Assembly: GCA_963847445.1 (NCBI GenBank)
Contig: CAWJZV010000015.1
Location: 96,001-160,000, forward strand
Reading direction: 5' to 3'
Source: an uncultured delta proteobacterium
GTDB taxonomy: Bacteria > Desulfobacterota > Binatia > UBA9968
DNA length: 64,000 bases
Under the pieces are notes generated by a model. That model was not told the DNA's origin, made no database searches, and worked only from the letters and a program-made list of their open reading frames with translations. Below, in pieces: positions 49,311-60,443 of the stretch. Made by a program: the position numbers and the translations under genes. How positions within the stretch are numbered: position 1 is the stretch's first letter; each line of letters starts with the position of its first letter.

Positions 49311-49649
49311 TTACTTGTTGTCCGAATCTGGAGAAAAATATTCCAGACGACTGACGGCAACGTCCGAGACAAACATGACGCCGGTGTGGCGCGCGAAGAG
49401 CGGCTTCAACCCCGCCAAGATCGGTTCGACGTTTTCCGCTGCCACCACGGTCATGAGCATGACGATACTGTCCATTTCATTGAACATCGGATGAGATGTG
49501 TGAAAGCCGTGGTGTCCCTTTCCCGAGATGTTGTGGATGATGGTGTATCCGGTGGCTTTGTGGTCCAGCAGATCGGTGGCGAATTTCAGTTGCTCGCCCT
49601 CGATGATGATCCTAAGTTCTTTCATTGGATGAAGCGTTAGGTCGCTCAT
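49311..49649 (-). CDS. PII-like signal transduction protein (SbtB-like)
   Basis: 112 aa; TGYTII..ISGKGHHG; directly downstream of dabA; no GlnB/K T-loop YRGAEY motif. Confidence 0.8.
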   Translation of the reverse strand: MSDLTLHPMKELRIIIEGEQLKFATDLLDHKATGYTIIHNISGKGHHGFHTSHPMFNEMDSIVMLMTVVAAENVEPILAGLKPLFARHTGVMFVSDVAVSRLEYFSPDSDNK

Positions 49650-49698
49650 GGCACTTCTCCTCTCCGTGGCATGGTTTGTAATCGATTGATGGCAGGTC

Positions 49699-52600
49699 TT
49701 ACAAGCTCACACTCCATCCCTGCCTCGAAAGATAGCGGTAACATAGTTGAACTTCCGGATCGATGGCAAAGAGGTGCATCCATTCGTTGTCATACAGTCG
49801 CTGCAACAGACGCTGGTTGCGCACGATCCTGTCGATTCTGTCTCTCGGTGCTTCGATCAGGGTGAATAGTCGCATGGCCTCGTGATACGGCCGCTGACCG
49901 TTCATGACGGTCTGCCAGGCGAGGCCGGTGCGCAGATCGCTTTGAGTCCCCGACATGATCCCTAGGCGGCCGACGACGTTATGATAAACCTTGCTGCCGC
50001 TGCCATAGACTTCCTGATCCACGGTAGAAAAGTAATGCTCCATGTTGATCCATTGGGCGACAATTTGCGGGCCGGTCATCACCGCTTCGAGCAGTTTTCC
50101 GTCCGGATCGCCGCGATAGTCATAGGAGTGTAGAAATACTTGCCCGTCAAGCTGTATGCCGCGGGTTAACGCTCGTCGCCCGATGATCATGGCGGCGTTC
50201 CCGGACAGCCCCCACTCCGGCCGGACTTGGCTCCAATCACTGCTCCGCCGGCGCACTTCCCGTCTTGCTTTCGATGCCCGGAGAGTCTTATTGACCTCGG
50301 GGAAACGCGCGCAGCGCTCTTGGCTGTTGCGCATGCCCGCACGCTCAAGGTCGCGCACGACTTGCAACAAATCCTTCCGATGGGTCGGCGGCAGATCTTC
50401 AAGATCGAAGAGGTCGACCTCATCGGTGGTCGTGTTGTGTTGTCCAGCGATGAAGTAGGTGTCTTGCGGAATCACGATGCCGTTTTTGGCTAATTGCTCC
50501 CGCACCAATGGCTTATTAGCCATGATGGCGACAACCCGGGCGTTGGCCTTGCCCGCGTTGCCGCCGCAAGCGCCGCAGTCCAGAGCGGCTTCGAAAGGGT
50601 TATTCTCCGAACGGCTCGCATGGCCGCAGAAAAGCACCAGGCGGGCGAAATTTGCGGTCAAGCCCATCATTCTAAGTACTGTTTCAACGGTGAGAACCTG
50701 CTCGTTGAGAGTGAAGCCGGTACGGGTAATGCGTTCTAAGCGGGCAAAGGCGCCGGCTTGGTTAATGCCATATTGTTTCCTAAGATCCGCCACGAAATCG
50801 GCTTCTTCCTGGGGCGAAAGAGCGGTGGAGCGGGCCTCTGCCGACGGGTTTGCCGGCGCTCAGTTCATCCAGCGCGCGCTGGCGTAAAAACTCCAGTCGC
50901 TCCAACGATAAATTCAGATTACGTTCGCCGAATTTTTCTTGTAGTGCGCGGCGGGTGGTGGCGCGCTGTTCGGCGGCGAGCATCTCGTCGACTTCTTGGC
51001 GTGACAATTTATCGACGGTCAAGGTCGTCGCCACGGGGGGCACGAGTTTGCGGCGAATCCACTCCGTGGCGTTGCGGTAGCCGGTCGCGAAAAGATTTTT
51101 GCCGATCAGAGGAAGACTGTAAAACCATCCCAAAGACTCGACCATGACATAGGGAGTGACGACATTTTCCTTGAGATCGTAGAGTAGGGTGTGAAAGGCT
51201 TCGAGAAGTGCCTCTCGGTGGCGATGGCGAAAGATAAACTGTCCTTGATAGGTGCGCGGGATTTCGCGAACCAAGTTTTTGCTCTTGAGAATTACCGGAA
51301 ATTGATCGGTTTCATGATGGCTGCCGAGCGCTTGATGGCGGATGGCCACGGCGAAGAAGCCGGCGAAACCGAACGTTTCGTAGTCTCCCGTAGCTTCCAG
51401 GTTGCGCCGCAAGGGCTCTGATCGGACGTCGATGCAAAACACGGCCTGGGCCTGAGGTCTAACTTGGGAATTGCCTGGGACAGCGCTTTCGCCAGACTCT
51501 CCAGTTGAACTCCAGCTCGGGGGGGATTCGTTGAATCGACCGATCTTGAATCGGAGCTTCTCGAGCAATTGCTCTTGGTAGCCATCCTCGAAAGCTTTGA
51601 GCCACAGCGGCCCATGGGCTGACTTTGGAAACCCGTGCATCCACTCAAGCAAAGTGCGTAAGGTCTCGTCCGGAGCTTGCAGTAGCAGCGCCGGTTCCAA
51701 GTCAAGGGCGCGCGCCAGTAGCACAAGTTGCCAAGCGGCGCCGGGAGGATTGCCGTGCATGGTTCCGTCGCGCTCCGCGCCCGCGAGAAAAGGGCTCCCT
51801 AATTTTTGCATTTCGGCTGCAATGGCTTTGGCGTTGCCGTCAATAGCCAGTGCTTGGCGGCAGGATTGATGCACCAATTCCCGTTCGTACCATAGACGTA
51901 CCGCCAGGTACTGGACCAAATCGTTGGGATAAGCGGTTTGCCACGCGTATTCGTCCTGATCGGCGCGCCACTTGATGAAGCTGGCCCAACCGGCCAGAGC
52001 GGCAAGATGTAAGGAAAAATAATTCTGCCACGAAGTGGCGTCAATGCCGAGCGCGCCAAGGGTTTCGAGTAGTGAATCTTCGGCCTGCGCCGGCAGGCGT
52101 ACCAGTTTCTCTCGATGACTTTTGATCCCGCAAGGCGACCATTCCTTCTGCACTAACAATTTCCAGGCTGCGAAGAATCCATTTTCTCGGCCCGGCATGG
52201 GCCAGGGTGCATGCCCTTCGTCCAGGAACGCCTCGCACCACTTGATCATCTCGCGGTTGATGGCATCGTTAATCCGGGTGCCGAGAATTCGATCGCACCA
52301 GCTAGCTAAAGTCTCGTTGTTACTAACAGTATCCTGCTCGGCAGTGCTTGGCTGGAGCGAAGGCTGCCGCGCTATCGACGATAAATAATGCGCCAGAGCG
52401 GCGATGGTATTGCGGTCGGGATGGCGCGCGAGCTGAGCGTCGAGCATTTCGGCTGGCGGCGCGGAGGTGTCGCCAAATAAGCAGGCGCGCAGAACATCCA
52501 AATGGTTGACTTCACGGATACCTAGTTTCACCTGTTGGTTGCGTGCAAGCGGTTTCAGGGTGGCATCGACATGCCGTGGCAGGATTCGCCCTGCACGGAA

Positions 52601-52828
52601 ATAGTCGCGAAAAACATCGGCGGATAAAAAGCTGTTGCCACCGCGCCATCGTTGCGCCGTCTGCGCGGCTTGCTCGAAGGGCAGATCTTCCAGGCCATGC
52701 AGCGGGTTATGATGCACGAAGGTGCGCATCGGCCAATAATAAGCAATGATTTCACTGGCTAACCGGATCAGAGCTCGGAGCTCCATCCGCTGGCTCTCGC
52801 TGTAAGGTGAACCTGTTACTTGTGCCAC
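49699..52828 (-). CDS. dabA: DUF2309 inorganic carbon pump soluble subunit (DabA/MpsB), frameshifted near 50810
   Basis: [67 protein letters not shown]. Confidence 0.93.
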
Positions 52829-55410
52829 AGCAAGCTCTCCAACGCAGCTCGGTGAAGGTCGGTGCCGACCGGTGACTCAAACCGTAAGGCCGGACTCGCC
52901 CCGATCGCAACAGCGATTGCCAAGATGATTGTCAGCCAGGCCAATTCGCCGGAGCGCAGATCCGAATAGCGCCCATCGGCAGCAGGGCAGCCGAACAGCA
53001 CCCGCTGCAGCAATCTGAAAAGATACCACGAAGCGATAAACCAACTGCATAGAGCGATGACCAATCCCCACGAGAGGGCTACCGAAGATTGTGGCGATGT
53101 TCCCGCTTGGGCGGAGAAAAGCGCCAATGGTGGCAGGCTGACGGCGGCCATAACATACAATGAAAATAGCGCGGCGAACCGCGGCATTGGGCGCGCCAGT
53201 CCGTGCATGCGGTCGAGGGCAAGATCGCCATAGCGTTTGCGGAGAAACTGCCACGCTAGTAATAGCCCGACATTGAGCAGCGCGACCGCGCCGATGTAAG
53301 CGAAGCCAGCCGTGGGAATACCCCCGGAAGTCGCGAAGTGCCACCAAAAAGCGCCATAAAGTGCCAGACTGCCGTAACCTAATAGTTCTGGCACATGCAC
53401 CTGGGCAAGGGCTTTGAGCGAGCCGTAAAGCATGCCGACGAGGGCGAGTGCTTGCACGGCGCTGAGGAACCCGCTGGGAAAGTCGTTGGACCAATTGGCC
53501 AGGGCATAGGCCCCGAGCGCCGGCAGCAACAAGCTGGCGAGTGCGCTCCGATAACCTGGCGAACGGGTTATCGCCTCAATATAGAGTCCGTGGAGCGGAA
53601 ACAGCGGCAGCAACAGCGCTACCGACATCCATTGGACAAATTGGGCTGACGGAAAATTCGCCATTTGAGCGATGAAATAGATCCCCGGAGCGACGGCCAA
53701 GAAAGCGGCGACGGTGAAAAAGAGCCGTGTACCATTCAGTCGGTCGACGGCGCGTGTCACCGGGCCGCGGATTCGCAGCGAGATTGCGTCGAGATACAGG
53801 CGGTTTATCAGTAACAGGTATGTGTGAAATTGCAGCGATCTGGCCCATTGCGGCATCTGTATCCTTCGGCCGTGGCTCGCCGCATAAATCAGTATCCAGC
53901 CGACGATGATCACCAGAGCGAACGCGGTCACCAATAGATCGAACAGCACCACCGGCAAGGCGCCGGCGCGAAAGTGGCGCGCCACTTCGCCTGGCGCCGG
54001 AAACAGGAAGTGGGTGAAACTTTCCGCGGCAAACAGATAGGTAACCACGACGATGAACAGGGCTGAGAGCATGCTTACTGCGACCTTCCAAGAGGCCACC
54101 GCCCGGAGCCGATAGAGCGTCAGAATCGCCTGAGACGAAGTGGCCCAACCGAAAAAGAGAAAGATGGTCGTCCCTTGTGAGTCCCCTAACGCTATATTCA
54201 AGGCTCCATGAGCCCCAAGTACTATGATCAATGGCAGGATGAGCGTTGTGGCAAAACCGGTGAGCCATGCCAGATTTGAAAATTCGCCGCCTTCCGCCGC
54301 AGCTTGGCGGCGCGGCTGTCGCGGTTCCTGGCGGGCTGCGTGAATCACATAGCCGGAGTTCAAGAAAATCGAGCCCTTAAACAAACCATGAGCGATCAAA
54401 TGAAAGATCGCCAGACCGTAAGCGCCCAGCCCGCATTCCATAATCATGAATCCCATCTGGCCGATGGTGGAATAGCCTAGGGTCTTTTTGATGTCGTTCT
54501 GCACCAGCATCATGGACGAGCCGAGAATGGCCGTGAGCATGCCGACGGCGAAAACCAGATGAAGGGTCGCCGGGCTTAAGGCGTAGAGCGGCGCCAACCG
54601 GGTCAGGAGAAAGCCACCGGCATTAATGATTCCGGCGTGGAGTAGCGCAGTGACCGGGGTGGGCGCATAGAGGAAATCGGGGAGCCACATATGCAATGGA
54701 AACTGCGCTGACTTGCTCATGGCGCCAATGAAGATCAGCGCACTCACTGCGGTGCCGGCGGTGATTTCAATGCCGCCGGGCCAGAGCGTGAATACGCTCT
54801 TCGCTTCGGCGCTACGGATAAACAACTGCTGCAGCTCCAGCGTGCCATAGAAGCTTTGCGCGAGAACGATGCCGCCAAGGAAGGCCACGTCCCCGCCGCG
54901 CTGCATGATGAAGGTCCTGAAAGCGCCGCGCACGGTGGCTAGGTGTTCGTGGTTGTAAGACAACAGCGGCACCAGCCAGCTGAGCAATTGCCAAAAGGCA
55001 AACAGCATGAGCAGGTTGGCGCTGGAAACCATCCCGAGCAGCACAAAGGTCGTGAAAGCCAACAGGCTATGAAAGCGCGCGTAGCCCCATTCCTGCTGCA
55101 TGTAGCGGATGGAGAAAATATGGATAAGGATACTAATCGCCGAAATATGCACCAGCATCACGGCGCATAACCGGTCGACGTACAAGCTCAAAAACGAGAT
55201 GCCGTGGGGCCAGAGCGAAACGTATGTCGTCAGTGGGCCGCGGATCGTGACTTCGTAGAGTAGCACCAGGGAAAGTGCGAACGCGATGACCTCGGCGGCG
55301 ACGCCAAGGCGGGCGAGTTTTGGCCCGAGCGTCCGACCGCAAAGGCCGATAACCGTACCCCCTGCTAGTGGCGCGAGAAGTATCAGTAACGGTAGATCAG
55401 AAAGGCTCAT
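52816..55410 (-). CDS. dabB: NuoL/ND5-like membrane subunit (DabB/MpsA) with long C-terminal second membrane domain
   Basis: KSAQFPLHMWLP, APTPVTALLHAGIINAGG, STIGQMGFM, HLIAHGLFK; overlaps dabA start. Confidence 0.9.
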   Translation of the reverse strand: MSLSDLPLLILLAPLAGGTVIGLCGRTLGPKLARLGVAAEVIAFALSLVLLYEVTIRGPLTTYVSLWPHGISFLSLYVDRLCAVMLVHISAISILIHIFSIRYMQQEWGYARFHSLLAFTTFVLLGMVSSANLLMLFAFWQLLSWLVPLLSYNHEHLATVRGAFRTFIMQRGGDVAFLGGIVLAQSFYGTLELQQLFIRSAEAKSVFTLWPGGIEITAGTAVSALIFIGAMSKSAQFPLHMWLPDFLYAPTPVTALLHAGIINAGGFLLTRLAPLYALSPATLHLVFAVGMLTAILGSSMMLVQNDIKKTLGYSTIGQMGFMIMECGLGAYGLAIFHLIAHGLFKGSIFLNSGYVIHAARQEPRQPRRQAAAEGGEFSNLAWLTGFATTLILPLIIVLGAHGALNIALGDSQGTTIFLFFGWATSSQAILTLYRLRAVASWKVAVSMLSALFIVVVTYLFAAESFTHFLFPAPGEVARHFRAGALPVVLFDLLVTAFALVIIVGWILIYAASHGRRIQMPQWARSLQFHTYLLLINRLYLDAISLRIRGPVTRAVDRLNGTRLFFTVAAFLAVAPGIYFIAQMANFPSAQFVQWMSVALLLPLFPLHGLYIEAITRSPGYRSALASLLLPALGAYALANWSNDFPSGFLSAVQALALVGMLYGSLKALAQVHVPELLGYGSLALYGAFWWHFATSGGIPTAGFAYIGAVALLNVGLLLAWQFLRKRYGDLALDRMHGLARPMPRFAALFSLYVMAAVSLPPLALFSAQAGTSPQSSVALSWGLVIALCSWFIASWYLFRLLQRVLFGCPAADGRYSDLRSGELAWLTIILAIAVAIGASPALRFESPVGTDLHRAALESLLWHK

Positions 55411-55749
55411 GGGCGAAGAAACCGGTGTCGGCTGGAACAGTGATAGGTATGTCAATCGCCCATAGCGTCAATCCGCCGCCGCCCTTGCGTGTGTCATGGT
55501 TAGGAGTCCTGCGGTTAAACGGACAGTTTTCATCGTCGAGATTCACGACCTCAAGGCTCTCTTCAGCGTAAGTTTATTGTGGATTTCTCGGGCGGTCGGT
55601 GTTTCCATGCCGCCATAAACAGAGGAAGAAATATCAGCGTCACTCCGAGAACGCAACCGATTCTCGACCGACTCGCATTGACTTATGCTTTGCTCTGTAA
55701 CAGGCTAAGCCCGTTCATAATAAACAAACTCGGCAAGGATTGCGGATTC

Positions 55750-56244
55750 ATGGCACCAGCGCACACCCCCCTCGTCAGCGTCATCATGGGCAGTCAATCG
55801 GATTGGGACACCATGCAGCATGCGTCGGCGACGCTCAAAGACTTCGCCGTTGAGCATGAATGTCTGATCGTCTCGGCCCATCGGACGCCGGCGTGGCTCA
55901 CGGAGTTTGCCGGCGGCGCTGAGGGGCGCGGCATCGAAGCGATCATCGCCGGCGCCGGCGGCGCTGCGCATCTGCCGGGCATGACGGCGGCGCAGACTCT
56001 GGTTCCTGTGCTCGGTGTGCCGGTGGAAAGTGCCGCGCTCAAAGGCATGGATTCGCTGTTATCGATTGTCCAAATGCCGGGCGGCATTCCAGTCGGAACG
56101 ATGGCGATCGGCAAAGCCGGCGCGATTAACGCAGCACTGCTGGCCATTGCGATCCTCGCCAATTCACGGCCTGAGCTGCGCGAGAAACTGCGCCAGTTCC
56201 GCGCCAATCAGACCGCCGCCGTGCGCCAGCAGAAGTTGCCGTGA
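55750..56244 (+). CDS. purE: N5-CAIR mutase
   Basis: [37 protein letters not shown]. Confidence 0.97.
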   Translation: MAPAHTPLVSVIMGSQSDWDTMQHASATLKDFAVEHECLIVSAHRTPAWLTEFAGGAEGRGIEAIIAGAGGAAHLPGMTAAQTLVPVLGVPVESAALKGMDSLLSIVQMPGGIPVGTMAIGKAGAINAALLAIAILANSRPELREKLRQFRANQTAAVRQQKLP

Positions 56245-57392
56245 GTAGCAGAGTGAAACCCATTCTTCCAGGGGCAGCCATCGGCGTGCTTGGCAGCGGC
56301 CAATTAGGGCGCATGTTCGCTATCGCGGCGCGCCAGATGGGCTACCGCGTCCACACCTTTTCATCTGAAACCGACACACCGACGGGGCAGGTAGCCGATG
56401 TCGAGATCGCGGCGTCCTATGACGATCTTGACGCCGTGCGCCGGTTTGCCCAGGCGGTTCAAGTGGTGACTTTCGAATTCGAAAATGTCCCGGCGGCCTG
56501 TGTCGAGGCGGCGGCCGCTTTCGTGCCGGTGCGTCCCGGCGGTTCGCTGTTGCACATCGCTCAGAATCGCCTGCGCGAAAAGAGCTTTCTCGCGCGGAAC
56601 GGTTTCCCGACGACAGAGTTTGCTGCCGTGCGTGGGCTTGACGATCTCCCCGCGGCGACAAAGAAAATCGGCTTCCCGGCGATCATGAAAACCGCCAGCT
56701 CGGGTTACGATGGCAAGGGCCAGGCGAAGGTTGCGAATCTCGAGGACGCGGCGCAGGCATTTCACGGTTGCGGCGGCCAGGAGATGATTGTCGAAGGGTT
56801 TGTCGATTTCGAACTGGAATTCTCGGTGGTGATGGCGCGCGGCCTGGATGGTCAGTTTGTCCACTGGGGAGCAATTCAAAATCGCCACAAACATCACATC
56901 CTCGACATATCGTTGGCGCCGGCGCGGATGGGCCAAACAGCCAGCGCTCGCGCCTTTGAAGTTTCCCGAGCGCTTGCGGATAAGCTCGACTTGATCGGTG
57001 TGCTGTGTATCGAGTTTTTCCTGACGCGAAATGGCGAGATTCTGGTCAACGAACTCGCGCCCCGGCCACATAACTCCGGCCATCTGACGATCAACGCTTC
57101 GCGCACCAGTCAGTTTGAGCAACAACTGCGGGCGGTCTGCGGCCTGCCGCTCGGCTCGACGGAATTTGTCGGCGCTGCGGCCATGGCCAATTTACTGGGA
57201 GACTTGTGGCACGGCGGCGAGCCCAATTGGCCGGCAGCCTGTGCGCTGCCGGACGTGAAGCTTCATCTCTACGGCAAGATCGAGCCGCGCCCTGGGCGCA
57301 AGATGGGCCATCTGACAGCGCTGGCCGCGACGGGTGAAAGCGCAGCGCAGATCGTGCTCTTGGCGCGGGAAAATTTGCACCCGGTTCGTTAG
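56241..57392 (+). CDS. purK: N5-CAIR synthetase (ATP and bicarbonate dependent)
   Basis: [44 protein letters not shown]. Confidence 0.97.
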   Translation: MSSRVKPILPGAAIGVLGSGQLGRMFAIAARQMGYRVHTFSSETDTPTGQVADVEIAASYDDLDAVRRFAQAVQVVTFEFENVPAACVEAAAAFVPVRPGGSLLHIAQNRLREKSFLARNGFPTTEFAAVRGLDDLPAATKKIGFPAIMKTASSGYDGKGQAKVANLEDAAQAFHGCGGQEMIVEGFVDFELEFSVVMARGLDGQFVHWGAIQNRHKHHILDISLAPARMGQTASARAFEVSRALADKLDLIGVLCIEFFLTRNGEILVNELAPRPHNSGHLTINASRTSQFEQQLRAVCGLPLGSTEFVGAAAMANLLGDLWHGGEPNWPAACALPDVKLHLYGKIEPRPGRKMGHLTALAATGESAAQIVLLARENLHPVR

Positions 57393-57648
57393 CCGAGCTA
57401 AACCGTTAACACCCGGTGTTCAATCGCCGCGTTTTCTTTGGCCGACGCTCGCCCTCGTCCCTGGAACGTTAAAAGTACGATTCCAGGTGGGCATTGCCCT
57501 TGGAATTAGTGCTCGCGACATAGTTGCCGGAAGGACCCCACGCCGGCAGGGATCGCTGTTTGCGCCATCCTGCCGCAGGTTGCCCCTGTTTCCTGTCTCC
57601 CCGGCAGATCGAATGCGGGCGCATAGATTCCTGCTTTATCTCTGCCGG

Positions 57649-58596
57649 CTAATTTTCTTGCGCGGTTGTGTACCGGGGCCGTACGATTTCCACAGAACAT
57701 TGGGCACGCGTGGCGACTGCGATGGAGACACTGCCGAGCAAAAAACGCTCAAGGCGTCTGAGCCCTCTGGCTCCCAGAAAAATGCAATCAACTCTGAGCC
57801 GCTCGGCCTCTTCAACGAGAACCTCCTTGGGATCACCTCCCTTGACGATTGCAGAGACACTGATGCCGGAGGCTTGTAGCTTAGCGGTCGAGGTCGCCAG
57901 AATATTTTCGAGCCACGCCCGCTCATCTTTGAAGCCATTTTCGGTCCAATCCAAGGCCGTTGACATGGCTCGATCTAGGACCGCAACCAGGTGCGCCTTG
58001 GTGTCAGGCGGCCAGGCTCGGCTCGCGACCTCAGCGACGGCAAGCGCCGTGCTCGCAGAGCCATCCACGCCAATGAGGATCTGCAGAGGATCGGCATTCT
58101 TAGCGAGACGTCTCCGTGCGACTCGCACCGAGCAACGCGCTTCGGTCAGCACAGTTTGTGAAACGCTGCCAAGAAATAGTCGGCCGAGCGTCGAACGGTT
58201 GTGCGAGCCCAGGACGATGAGGTCTGGTTGCCACTGATCGGCTTTCTCGACGATCGCCCACGCGGGAGAATGCCCAAAGACTTCCGTCCGTACTTGCCAG
58301 GCAGGGAATTGTGCGTGCAGCCGCTCCTGTGCGTTGGTCGCCGATCGACGTGCTTCTTCTAATGCAAAAGCAACTTGTTCCAACCTGTGTTCCACCGCGC
58401 TAGAGTTATAATTCTTTAAAGCAGCTGCGGGGGCATCGCCTGCCGACGAGGCGGCGCGAGGCATGAAAATGTCGGCGACGCTGATAACGATGGCGTCGGC
58501 CTGCGCGGGCAGTCCGGCTCGGAGCAAATCGTCTAGCGCCGTGTCAGCCGAACTAGAACCGTCATAAGCAATCAGCAGTTTCATTTTATTGTTCAC
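57649..58596 (-). CDS. Tandem-domain universal stress protein
   Basis: LLIAYDGS..DLIVLGSH..GSVS and ILIGVDGS..GARG..LGSVS. Confidence 0.92.
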   Translation of the reverse strand: MNNKMKLLIAYDGSSSADTALDDLLRAGLPAQADAIVISVADIFMPRAASSAGDAPAAALKNYNSSAVEHRLEQVAFALEEARRSATNAQERLHAQFPAWQVRTEVFGHSPAWAIVEKADQWQPDLIVLGSHNRSTLGRLFLGSVSQTVLTEARCSVRVARRRLAKNADPLQILIGVDGSASTALAVAEVASRAWPPDTKAHLVAVLDRAMSTALDWTENGFKDERAWLENILATSTAKLQASGISVSAIVKGGDPKEVLVEEAERLRVDCIFLGARGLRRLERFLLGSVSIAVATRAQCSVEIVRPRYTTAQEN

Positions 58597-58694
58597 AAAC
58601 TAGATCCCTATTGCCAAATCAAGAAGCATTTGCCCTGGGCACTCGCAGGGGGACTTGACCTTGATAGGCTTGTTTTAACTAGCCGACTTGGTGA

Positions 58695-58720
58695 GTTATT
58701 GTGAGTTAACTCACAGTAAC
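58695..58720. promoter_or_regulatory. CRP/FNR-family-like palindrome (or RNA hairpin) upstream of USP gene
   Basis: gttat-TGTGA-gttaac-TCACA-gtaac; core TGTGA-N6-TCACA at 58700-58715. Confidence 0.55.
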
Positions 58721-58744
58721 TTTAATCACCAGCCGCGAATTATT

Positions 58745-58951
58745 TCATCCCGGCAGCTCTCTCGATAAGATCGTTACCTTATATGCCGCCACGATCGCAT
58801 CCTCATACCGTTTCTCATCGGGCAATGACATAGCCAGGTTCAGCGAAGCTTCGGCGTGATTGAGCCTTGGTTTTTCCGCGCCGCTGCGGATCTTTTTGGC
58901 TTCAAACAATTCGTGCTGCGCAACCCTGACAGCGATTATTGCATCATCCAA
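58745..58951 (-). CDS. Small hypothetical protein (probably extends upstream with a signal peptide across a frameshift)
   Basis: Helical ORF co-oriented between terC and usp; hydrophobic VVILLATIAVVLG stretch just upstream. Confidence 0.4.
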   Translation of the reverse strand: MDDAIIAVRVAQHELFEAKKIRSGAEKPRLNHAEASLNLAMSLPDEKRYEDAIVAAYKVTILSRELPG

Positions 58952-59027
58952 ACTCGGACCTCCGGAAATCGAGGTTCATTTGACGGTTCCCAGAACGACG
59001 GCGATGGTTGCCAGCAAAATGACGACC

Positions 59028-60026
59028 TTAACCAGGCCTACTCTTAACCTCCGACTCGATGATCTTCGAGCCGGGCTTAGGCTCTTTGGGTGAGATCTGG
59101 ATTGCGGCTCCCGAAAGTTTCGTTTTCACCAGAGAAGCTAGAATTGAGATGACGAGTATTCCTGCCACCACCGCCAAGGAGACCGTGATGGGAACCTTAT
59201 AGAAATCGACGATCATCATCTTGATGCCAACGAAACACAGGACAAAGGAAAGCCCGACCTTTAGGTAGCGGAACATCTCTAGTATTCCGGCCAACAGAAA
59301 GTACAGCGCGCGCAGGCCCAAAATGGCGAATATGTTGGAGGTGTAAACGATGAAGGGATCGAGGGTGATGGCAAAGATAGCGGGGATGGAGTCGACGGCG
59401 AAGATGACGTCGGTAGTCTCGATCACCAGCAAAACCACGAAGAGAGGCGTGGCCCAGCGACGCCCATCGATGCGGACGAAAAAACGTTGCCCTTGATAAT
59501 CCTTGGTGATCGGCATCCAGCGGCGGAGCAAAACGACGGCTGGATTCTTCTCGGGCTCAATCTTTTCGTCACCGGCGAAAAACATCTTGATACCCGTGAT
59601 AATTAGAAAGCCGCCGAAAATGTAGATGATCCAGTGAAACGCGCTTAGAAGGGCGGCGCCCGCCGCAATAAATATCGCCCGCATGATCAGCGCGCCGAGG
59701 ATACCCCAGAAAAGAATCCGATGCTGGTACATCGGTGGAACGGCAAAGTATGAAAAGATCATGATGAAGACAAAGATGTTGTCCACGCTCAAGGACTTCT
59801 CGATCAGGTAGCCGGCGAGAAACTCCATGGCCTTTTCCGAGCCCCACAGGTAGTAAATCCCCAGGTTGAAGATCAGCGCTAGAGAAATCCACACGACGCT
59901 CCAAGTGAAAGCCTCGCGCAACGAAACCGCGTGAGCTTTGCGGTGAAAGACCAGCAGGTCGAGGGCCAACATGCCCAGCACAAAGGCGTTAAAAACGATC
60001 CATAACAAAACACTGTCAGAGGTCAT
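59028..60026 (-). CDS. TerC/Alx family membrane protein
   Basis: GYLIEKSLSVDNIFVF, DVIFAVDSIPAI, SNIFAILGLRALYF. Confidence 0.95.
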   Translation of the reverse strand: MTSDSVLLWIVFNAFVLGMLALDLLVFHRKAHAVSLREAFTWSVVWISLALIFNLGIYYLWGSEKAMEFLAGYLIEKSLSVDNIFVFIMIFSYFAVPPMYQHRILFWGILGALIMRAIFIAAGAALLSAFHWIIYIFGGFLIITGIKMFFAGDEKIEPEKNPAVVLLRRWMPITKDYQGQRFFVRIDGRRWATPLFVVLLVIETTDVIFAVDSIPAIFAITLDPFIVYTSNIFAILGLRALYFLLAGILEMFRYLKVGLSFVLCFVGIKMMIVDFYKVPITVSLAVVAGILVISILASLVKTKLSGAAIQISPKEPKPGSKIIESEVKSRPG

Positions 60027-60443
60027 AGGTTTTCCTTAGAGGGCAACGCGCGATAAAACAGGACTAGGGCAACAAGCCCGAGAATTACCATCAAGCTAGA
60101 GGGGAAAAAGTCCCCAGTCACCGCTACATGGCAGGCGAAAAGCGCAGTAAGCAGGAGCGTAACAAAAGGCGTAAAAACCAGCGCTAGGTCTTTGAGTATG
60201 AGCAAACCAATGCCACCGGCCAGCAAGCCAAGCCCGCAGGCGCCGGCCGCGATGACGAATGCTATGCTCGAAGGGTCGGCATCGGATTCGGAGTCGGAGT
60301 AATCGATAATCCCGCCGCTGAACACGAAGAGACCAAAAAGCGATATCAAGTATCGCTGGCGTCGCCATTGGCGTACTTCCGTTGACAATCCGGTCCTTAA
60401 CAACCCGGATCGCCGCCACCCGACGTATGGCATGCATTGTCAT
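60023..60443 (-). CDS. Hypothetical membrane protein, probably frameshifted near N-terminus
   Basis: AAGGAGG RBS before ATG 60443; about four hydrophobic helices in ORF 60023-60433; ATGA overlap with terC. Confidence 0.55.

Noticed and set aside
49699-52828. DabA split into two genes (682 aa and 364 aa)
   Set aside because: The Zn ligands are divided between the fragments and the break looks like the other indels in the window; treated as one gene.
52816-55410. Respiratory complex I NuoL
   Set aside because: No nuo operon context, and it overlaps a DUF2309 gene, which defines DabB/MpsA.
57393-57648. Possible small ORF or sRNA between convergent purK and usp
   Set aside because: Only short ORFs without RBS or recognisable motifs; no clear structure beyond weak stems.
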